DNA of 64,000 nucleotides from Escherichia coli (GTDB lineage Bacteria; Pseudomonadota; Gammaproteobacteria; Enterobacterales; Enterobacteriaceae): NCBI RefSeq assembly GCF_051903065.1, contig NZ_CP178438.1; one strand, 5' to 3'. Shown piece by piece: positions 57,213 to 64,000 of this stretch (position 1 is its first letter; each line of letters starts with the position of its first letter). The notes under the pieces were generated by a model. It saw only the letters and a program-made list of their open reading frames with translations, ran no database searches and was not told where the DNA came from. The position numbers and the translations under genes were made by a program.

Positions 57213-57392
57213 ACATGTACTCCTGAGTGCGAATAAAAGACCAGTTCTCGCTAAAGCAAAGCGATACCGGGAAATGGTTATATAATTGTATGATGAATAT
57301 AAACATGCATAAAAATAACGAGTTTTACTAATATTACAAATTTTTATAAAAATTTCTCATGTACATATTTTTTTACAGGGTAAATAACAGGC

Positions 57393-57419
57393 AAAAAAAA
57401 GCGCGGGGTGGGGCCGCGC
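57393..57419 (-). terminator. rho-independent terminator downstream of adiA
   Basis: Stem gcgcgg / ccgcgc (57401-57419) followed on the minus strand by a U8 run (plus-strand A-run 57393-57400). Confidence 0.65.
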
Positions 57420-57536
57420 AAAAAGTATGACATTTTTGTTTGCAGCAATTTTTATGAAAACGTTGCCATACTCAAAAGGCCTAAGGCCAGGCGGCGTAAT
57501 GTTATTTAAACAATTACGCCTTCAGCGGAATAGTGG

Positions 57537-59804
57537 TTACGCTTTCACACACATAACGTGGTAAATACCGTCAATAATTTCAGTCCCTTCAGTTTCGTGT
57601 TCAAATCCAGGGAAATGATGGTCCCAGGATTGCAGCGAGCGTAAATAACTTACTTGCGGACTGTTTTTATCGCCGAAGTTTTCACCAGACAGCAGCATCG
57701 GGATTCCTGGCGGATACGGGATAACTGAGTTTGCCGCGATACGTCCTGGCAGATTTTCAATGGATACCAGTTCGACATTGTTGTCGACAATCGCGTTGTA
57801 CGCTTCACGCGGGGTGATTTCCGCCACCGGCAGGCCGGAATAGGCTTCGTTCAACCGTGCGCCAGGGTTGTGTTCTTTCAGCCAGGCAAACATGGTGTCA
57901 CCCAGATCGTGAATCCCCATGTTCGCATAAGTGTCAGGATATTGTTCAACAAGTTCCGGCATCACCTGCGCCAGCGGTGTGTTGGCGTCATAGTGGCGTT
58001 TGAAGGAGCAAAGGGTGTTAACCAGAGTCCCCCATTTCCCACGGGTTACGCCCATAGAGAACAGGAACATAATTTGGAAGTCAGTGGTGCGGGTAGGCAC
58101 AATGCCGTGGCGACCAAGCCAGGCAGTGACCAGCGCCGCCGGAACACCGGTTTCTTCCAGTTCACCATCTTCACCCATTCCCGGAGCAAGGATGCTGACT
58201 TTAATCGGGTCGAGCATACTCCAGTTATCCGGAATATCTTTGAAGCCGTGCCAGCTTTCGCCCGGATGCATTACCCAGCAGTCCTGAACGGTGGTCAACA
58301 GTTTGGTTGGCGCGTCAGCAAAGTCATAGGTTTTGCCGGTTTGTGGGTCGGTGACGACTTCTTTGTTCCACGGTTTGAAGAACCAGCTACCGTCAGCGGT
58401 GAACTCTTTATACAGCCGCGCCATCGCCTGACGGAAATCAACCGCTTCGTCGATCACTTCCTGCGTCAGTGACAGGCCACTGTTGCCGTCCATCATCGAC
58501 ACCGCCACGTCGTTGGATGCGCAGATGGCATACAGCGGGGAGGTGGTGGCATGCATCATGTAGGCCTGGTTGAAGCGGGAGAAGTTAATCGCCCCACGAC
58601 CTTCACGTACATGAATATAAGAGGCCTGTGACAGCGCATTCAGTAGTTTGTGGGTGGAGTGGGTGGCGAAAACGGTAGGACCGTTGTGATCGCCAGGTTC
58701 GCCGCGCATGGCATAGTGATCGGCATAGATCGGGTTGAAACGTGCATAGCCGTACCAGGCTTCGTCAAAGTGCAGACGATCGGAGGTTTTTTCCAGCAGA
58801 TCCTGCGCTTCTTTAGCGTTATAACACACGCCGTCATAGGTGCAGTTGGTCACCACGCAGTAAGACGGTTTTTGCCCGGCTTTGTCTTTAGTCAGCGGGC
58901 TTTCACTGATTTTCTTCTGCAAGGTTTCAGGTTGCATTTCCTGCGGATAGATTGGCCCGATAATGCCGTAGCGGTTGCGGCTTGGCACCATGTAGACCGG
59001 TTTCGCGCCTGTCAGCATCAAACCTTGTTCGATGGATTTATGGCAGTTACGGTCAACAACCACGACATCGTTATCGGTCATGCAAGCCTGCATGATGGTG
59101 CGGTTAGAGCCGGAAGTACCGACGACTACCGACCAGGAGCGATCGGCACCAAATACGCGTGCGGCATATTTTTCGCTTTCGCCAAATGCGCCAGTATGGT
59201 CAAGCAAAGAACCGAGGGAAGTTCGTTCGATGCCCATGTCGGTGCGGAACAGATTTTCACCATAGTAGTCATGGTAGAAACGTCCGGCGGGTGTTTTGGT
59301 AAAACCAACGCCGCCCTGGTGGCCTGGCGCTGCCCAGGAATATTCATGGATGTCGCTATATTTCATCAGCGCGCTGAACAGTGGCGGCAACAGCTGCTGG
59401 CGGTAGCGGGTCATCGCGGCAACGGCGCGTCCGGCGATAAAGTCGGCGGTATCTTCCAGAATCCAGGCGAATTCATCGACAAGCTCCAGCAGGTCGCGAT
59501 CCATTGCGGCGAGGGCTTTTTCCCGATCGCCCAACAGGAAGACCGGCACGTTTTGTTGGCGCTCATGAAGCTTACCGATCAATTGTCTGACGTTTTGATG
59601 TTCGTCCGGATGTTCCATTTGATAGCTGAACATCAGGCAGTCAATGGCTTCGTTTGAAGAGAGAATGGCAAAACCATCATCAAAGGAGGTGGATTTAATC
59701 ACGGTAACATTTTGCTGGTTTAAAGCATCTGCCAGACGCTCAACAGCGTTACCGACCCAGGTGTCTTGATGGAGAAACTCGCTTTCAACAATTAATACTT
59801 TCAT
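57537..59804 (-). CDS. adiA: biodegradative (acid-inducible) arginine decarboxylase AdiA
   Basis: 755 aa from MKVLIVESEFLHQDTWVGNAV; PLP-dependent fold I decarboxylase motif (SxHK context STHKLL). Confidence 0.95.
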   Translation of the reverse strand: MKVLIVESEFLHQDTWVGNAVERLADALNQQNVTVIKSTSFDDGFAILSSNEAIDCLMFSYQMEHPDEHQNVRQLIGKLHERQQNVPVFLLGDREKALAAMDRDLLELVDEFAWILEDTADFIAGRAVAAMTRYRQQLLPPLFSALMKYSDIHEYSWAAPGHQGGVGFTKTPAGRFYHDYYGENLFRTDMGIERTSLGSLLDHTGAFGESEKYAARVFGADRSWSVVVGTSGSNRTIMQACMTDNDVVVVDRNCHKSIEQGLMLTGAKPVYMVPSRNRYGIIGPIYPQEMQPETLQKKISESPLTKDKAGQKPSYCVVTNCTYDGVCYNAKEAQDLLEKTSDRLHFDEAWYGYARFNPIYADHYAMRGEPGDHNGPTVFATHSTHKLLNALSQASYIHVREGRGAINFSRFNQAYMMHATTSPLYAICASNDVAVSMMDGNSGLSLTQEVIDEAVDFRQAMARLYKEFTADGSWFFKPWNKEVVTDPQTGKTYDFADAPTKLLTTVQDCWVMHPGESWHGFKDIPDNWSMLDPIKVSILAPGMGEDGELEETGVPAALVTAWLGRHGIVPTRTTDFQIMFLFSMGVTRGKWGTLVNTLCSFKRHYDANTPLAQVMPELVEQYPDTYANMGIHDLGDTMFAWLKEHNPGARLNEAYSGLPVAEITPREAYNAIVDNNVELVSIENLPGRIAANSVIPYPPGIPMLLSGENFGDKNSPQVSYLRSLQSWDHHFPGFEHETEGTEIIDGIYHVMCVKA

Positions 59805-60002
59805 CATTGCTTACCCGGTTATGAAGGAATCTTCGTTGCGGGCAAGTATCTTCCGGCCTTTTCGGGCTGTAAAGCGCGTAAAAAACAAACATTTTTGAAA
59901 TATTTGTTTTTATAAACAATATGTTATGTGATTATTTTAAATTATTTTCACTGCTTATTATCGACGTCTAAACTATTTTTTGGGCTGATACTGATATCGT
60001 CT

Positions 60003-60911
60003 TTAGCCGGGAAACGTCTGGCGGCGCTGTTGGCTAAGTTTGCGGTATTGTTGCGGCGACATGCCGACATATTTGCCGAACGTGCTGTAAAAACGACTAC
60101 TTGAACGAAAGCCTGCCGTCAGGGCAATATCGAGAATACTTTTATCGGTATCGCTCAGTAACGCGCGAACGTGGTTGATGCGCATCGCGGTAATGTACTG
60201 TTTCATCGTCAATTGCATGACCCGCTGGAATATCCCCATTGCATAGTTGGCGTTAAGTTTGACGTGCTCAGCCACATCGTTGATGGTCAGCGCCTGATCA
60301 TAGTTTTCGGCAATAAAGCCCAGCATCTGGCTAACATAAAATTGCGCATGGCGCGAGACGCTGTTTTTGTGTGTGCGCGAGGTTTTATTGACCAGAATCG
60401 GTTCCCAGCCAGAGAGGCTAAATCGCTTGAGCATCAGGCCAATTTCATCAATGGCGAGCTGGCGAATTTGCTCATTCGGACTGTTTAATTCCTGCTGCCA
60501 GCGGCGTACTTCAAACGGGCTAAGTTGCTGTGTGGCAAGTGATTTGATCACCATGCCGTGAGTGACGTGGTTAATCAGGTCTTTATCCAGCGGCCAGGAG
60601 AGAAACAGATGCATCGGCAGATTAAAAATCGCCATGCTCTGACAGGTTCCGGTATCTGTTAGTTGGTGCGGTGTACAGGCCCAGAACAGCGTGATATGTC
60701 CCTGATTGATATTCACTTTTTCATTGTTGATCAGGTATTCCACATCGCCATCGAAAGGCACATTCACTTCGACCTGACCATGCCAGTGGCTGGTGGGCAT
60801 GATATGCGGTGCGCGAAACTCAATTTCCATCCGCTGGTATTCCGAATACAGCGACAGCGGGCTGCGGGTCTGTTTTTCGTCGCTGCTGCACATAAACGTA
60901 TCTGTATTCAT
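60003..60911 (-). CDS. melR: AraC-family melibiose operon activator MelR
   Basis: 302 aa; C-terminal AraC-type HTH; divergent from melA. Confidence 0.95.
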   Translation of the reverse strand: MNTDTFMCSSDEKQTRSPLSLYSEYQRMEIEFRAPHIMPTSHWHGQVEVNVPFDGDVEYLINNEKVNINQGHITLFWACTPHQLTDTGTCQSMAIFNLPMHLFLSWPLDKDLINHVTHGMVIKSLATQQLSPFEVRRWQQELNSPNEQIRQLAIDEIGLMLKRFSLSGWEPILVNKTSRTHKNSVSRHAQFYVSQMLGFIAENYDQALTINDVAEHVKLNANYAMGIFQRVMQLTMKQYITAMRINHVRALLSDTDKSILDIALTAGFRSSSRFYSTFGKYVGMSPQQYRKLSQQRRQTFPG

Positions 60912-60984
60912 GGATGGCTCTCTTTCCTGGAATATCAGAATTATGGCAGGAGTGAGGGAGGATGACTGCGAGTGGGAGCACGGT

Positions 60985-61016
60985 TTTCACCCTCTTCCCA
61001 GAGGGGCGAGGGGAGT
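60985..61016. repeat. GC-rich palindromic element in melR-melA intergenic region
   Basis: ttttcaccctcttccc-aga-ggggcgagggg; shares the ttttc.ccctct.ccc / gggg.gaggg core with the elements at 33531-33627. Confidence 0.55.
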
Positions 61017-61060
61017 GTCCGAGCATCATGAGGCCGAAAACTCTGCTTTTCAGGTAAATT

Positions 61061-61116
61061 ATTCCCATAAACTCAGATTTACTGCTGCTTCACGCAGGAT
61101 CTGAGTTTATGGGAAT
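61061..61116. promoter_or_regulatory. MelR operator: two 18 bp sites in inverted orientation (melAB promoter)
   Basis: attcccataaactcagat (61061-61078) and its reverse complement atctgagtttatgggaat (61099-61116), 20 bp apart, upstream of melA. Confidence 0.75.
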
Positions 61117-61193
61117 GCTCAACCTGGAAGCCGGAGGTTTTCTGCAGATTCGCCTGCCATGATGAAGTTATTCAAGCAAGCCAGGAGATCTGC

Positions 61194-62549
61194 ATGATGT
61201 CTGCACCCAAAATTACATTTATCGGCGCTGGTTCGACGATTTTCGTTAAAAATATTCTTGGTGATGTGTTCCATCGCGAGGCGCTGAAAACGGCGCATAT
61301 TGCCCTGATGGACATTGACCCCACCCGCCTGGAAGAGTCGCATATTGTGGTGCGTAAGCTGATGGATTCAGCAGGGGCCAGCGGCAAAATCACCTGCCAC
61401 ACCCAACAGAAAGAAGCCTTAGAGGATGCCGATTTTGTCGTGGTGGCATTTCAGATTGGCGGTTATGAACCTTGCACGGTGACTGATTTCGAGGTCTGTA
61501 AGCGGCATGGTCTGGAACAAACCATTGCCGATACGTTGGGGCCGGGCGGTATTATGCGCGCGCTACGTACCATTCCGCACCTGTGGCAAATTTGCGAGGA
61601 CATGACGGAAGTCTGCCCCGATGCCACCATGCTCAACTACGTTAACCCAATGGCGATGAATACCTGGGCGATGTATGCCCGCTATCCGCATATCAAACAG
61701 GTAGGGCTGTGCCATTCGGTGCAGGGAACGGCGGAAGAGCTGGCGCGTGACCTCAATATCGACCCGGCTACGCTGCGTTACCGTTGCGCAGGTATCAACC
61801 ATATGGCGTTTTACCTGGAGCTGGAGCGCAAAACCGCCGACGGCAGTTACGTGAATCTCTACCCGGAACTGCTGGCGACTTATGAAGCAGGGCAGGCACC
61901 GAAGCCGAATATTCACGGCAATACTCGCTGCCAGAATATTGTGCGCTATGAAATGTTCAAAAAGCTGGGCTACTTCGTCACGGAATCGTCAGAACATTTT
62001 GCTGAGTACACACCGTGGTTTATTAAGCCAGGTCGTGAGGATTTGATTGAGCGTTATAAAGTACCGCTGGATGAGTACCCGAAACGCTGCGTCGAGCAGC
62101 TGGCGAACTGGCATAAAGAGCTGGAGGAGTATAAGAACGCCTCCCGGATTGATATTAAACCGTCACGGGAATATGCCAGCACAATCATGAACGCTATCTG
62201 GACTGGCGAGCCGAGTGTGATTTACGGCAACGTCCGTAACGATGGTTTGATTGATAACCTGCCACAAGGATGTTGCGTGGAAGTAGCCTGTCTGGTTGAT
62301 GCTAATGGCATTCAGCCGACCAAAGTCGGTACGCTACCTTCGCATCTGGCCGCCCTGATGCAAACCAACATCAACGTACAGACGCTGCTGACCGAAGCTA
62401 TTCTTACGGAAAATCGCGACCGTGTTTACCACGCCGCGATGATGGACCCGCATACTGCCGCCGTGCTGGGCATTGACGAAATATATGCTCTTGTTGACGA
62501 CCTGATTGCCGCCCACGGCGACTGGCTACCAGGCTGGTTGCACCGTTAA
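61194..62549 (+). CDS. melA: alpha-galactosidase MelA (GH4, NAD/Mn-dependent)
   Basis: 451 aa; MMSAPKITFIGAGSTIF Rossmann N-terminus. Confidence 0.96.
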   Translation: MMSAPKITFIGAGSTIFVKNILGDVFHREALKTAHIALMDIDPTRLEESHIVVRKLMDSAGASGKITCHTQQKEALEDADFVVVAFQIGGYEPCTVTDFEVCKRHGLEQTIADTLGPGGIMRALRTIPHLWQICEDMTEVCPDATMLNYVNPMAMNTWAMYARYPHIKQVGLCHSVQGTAEELARDLNIDPATLRYRCAGINHMAFYLELERKTADGSYVNLYPELLATYEAGQAPKPNIHGNTRCQNIVRYEMFKKLGYFVTESSEHFAEYTPWFIKPGREDLIERYKVPLDEYPKRCVEQLANWHKELEEYKNASRIDIKPSREYASTIMNAIWTGEPSVIYGNVRNDGLIDNLPQGCCVEVACLVDANGIQPTKVGTLPSHLAALMQTNINVQTLLTEAILTENRDRVYHAAMMDPHTAAVLGIDEIYALVDDLIAAHGDWLPGWLHR

Positions 62550-62651
62550 AACGCGACTAAACGCTACTGCGCCGGGGGATTTATTCCGGCGCACACCTCT
62601 GACGATACCAATAACAGAAGGCGGGCGTTGGTAACAGCGACCCGATACCCT

Positions 62652-64000
62652 ATGAGCATTTCAATGACTACAAAACTCAGTTATGGATTTGGAGCGTTCG
62701 GGAAGGATTTTGCGATCGGCATTGTGTATATGTACCTCATGTATTACTACACCGATGTCGTCGGGCTGTCTGTGGGTTTGGTCGGTACTTTGTTTCTGGT
62801 GGCGAGGATCTGGGATGCTATTAACGATCCGATTATGGGATGGATTGTAAATGCTACGCGATCGCGATGGGGTAAGTTCAAACCCTGGATCCTGATCGGT
62901 ACGTTGGCAAACTCTGTAATCTTATTTCTCCTCTTTAGTGCGCATCTGTTTGAAGGTACTACTCAGATTGTCTTTGTTTGCGTGACCTACATCCTCTGGG
63001 GCATGACTTACACCATTATGGATATTCCCTTCTGGTCGCTGGTTCCAACCATCACGCTCGATAAACGTGAGCGTGAACAACTGGTTCCTTATCCGCGTTT
63101 TTTTGCCAGTCTGGCGGGCTTTGTTACGGCAGGTGTGACGCTACCATTTGTTAATTATGTCGGCGGTGGCGATCGGGGATTTGGCTTTCAGATGTTCACA
63201 CTGGTACTGATCGCCTTTTTTATTGTTTCAACCATCATCACTCTGCGCAATGTGCATGAAGTCTTTTCGTCAGACAATCAACCGTCTGCTGAAGGAAGCC
63301 ATCTGACACTTAAAGCCATCGTTGCGCTTATTTATAAAAACGATCAGCTTTCATGCCTCTTGGGTATGGCTCTTGCTTATAATGTAGCCAGCAATATTAT
63401 TACCGGCTTTGCTATCTATTATTTCTCATATGTTATCGGTGATGCGGATTTATTCCCCTATTATCTGTCGTATGCGGGAGCTGCTAACCTGGTGACGTTA
63501 GTATTCTTCCCACGCTTAGTTAAATCATTATCCCGACGCATTTTATGGGCCGGAGCATCTATTCTTCCGGTGTTAAGCTGTGGTGTTCTCCTGTTAATGG
63601 CATTAATGAGCTATCACAACGTCGTCCTCATTGTGATTGCGGGTATCTTGCTGAATGTGGGAACGGCGCTTTTCTGGGTATTACAGGTCATCATGGTGGC
63701 AGATACCGTTGATTACGGTGAATATAAACTGCACGTACGCTGTGAAAGCATCGCTTACTCCGTGCAGACTATGGTGGTGAAGGGCGGTTCAGCCTTTGCG
63801 GCTTTTTTCATTGCGGTTGTGTTAGGGATGATTGGCTATGTACCGAATGTTGAACAGTCTACGCAAGCCCTATTAGGTATGCAGTTTATTATGATTGCTC
63901 TACCGACTCTGTTTTTCATGGTAACGCTGATTCTCTACTTCCGTTTCTATCGCCTCAATGGCGACACGCTGCGCAGGATCCAGATTCATCTGCTGGATAA
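62652..64000 (+). CDS. melB: melibiose:cation symporter MelB, N-terminal ~449 codons (continues past right edge)
   Basis: ATG at 62652 gives [38 protein letters not shown]; open to window end; absent from ORF track because it has no in-window stop. Confidence 0.9.
   Translation, partial: MSISMTTKLSYGFGAFGKDFAIGIVYMYLMYYYTDVVGLSVGLVGTLFLVARIWDAINDPIMGWIVNATRSRWGKFKPWILIGTLANSVILFLLFSAHLFEGTTQIVFVCVTYILWGMTYTIMDIPFWSLVPTITLDKREREQLVPYPRFFASLAGFVTAGVTLPFVNYVGGGDRGFGFQMFTLVLIAFFIVSTIITLRNVHEVFSSDNQPSAEGSHLTLKAIVALIYKNDQLSCLLGMALAYNVASNIITGFAIYYFSYVIGDADLFPYYLSYAGAANLVTLVFFPRLVKSLSRRILWAGASILPVLSCGVLLLMALMSYHNVVLIVIAGILLNVGTALFWVLQVIMVADTVDYGEYKLHVRCESIAYSVQTMVVKGGSAFAAFFIAVVLGMIGYVPNVEQSTQALLGMQFIMIALPTLFFMVTLILYFRFYRLNGDTLRRIQIHLLD

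Overview
This window reads as Escherichia coli chromosome, the region around K-12 map minute 92-93, with one accessory island. Gene order: yjcF (partial) - actP-yjcH-acs (minus) / nrfABCDEFG (plus) / gltP / yjcO / fdhF (selenoprotein) / mdtP-mdtO-mdtN-ytcA (minus) / yjcS / ~9.4 kb island / yjdP / phnPONMLKJIHGFEDC (minus, 14 genes) / yjdN / yjdM / crfC-yjcZ / proP / pmrR / basS-basR-eptA / adiC-adiY-adiA / melR / melA-melB (partial). Gene identities are from reading the translated ORFs against remembered E. coli proteins; no database search was run. Many ORF-track starts use alternative start codons or are N-terminally over-extended and were trimmed to the start that matches the known protein. 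The most interesting content is the island at 23680-33179, which sits where K-12 carries the allose operon and rpiB. It encodes a sugar ABC transporter, a cupin sugar isomerase, a class II aldolase, a PfkB kinase, a hybrid sensor kinase and an OmpR-family regulator. I recall a similar locus around a characterised D-lyxose isomerase in E. coli O157:H7, so it is probably poorly characterised rather than entirely new. Other features worth noting are the fdhF UGA-selenocysteine recoding site with its SECIS hairpin, a sigma-54 promoter, the nrfA FNR and NarL/NarP sites, PmrA and Pho boxes, the MelR operator, REP/BIME repeats (including a ~550 bp tandem array) and an intact phnE. No rRNA, tRNA, CRISPR array, IS element or integrase was seen.
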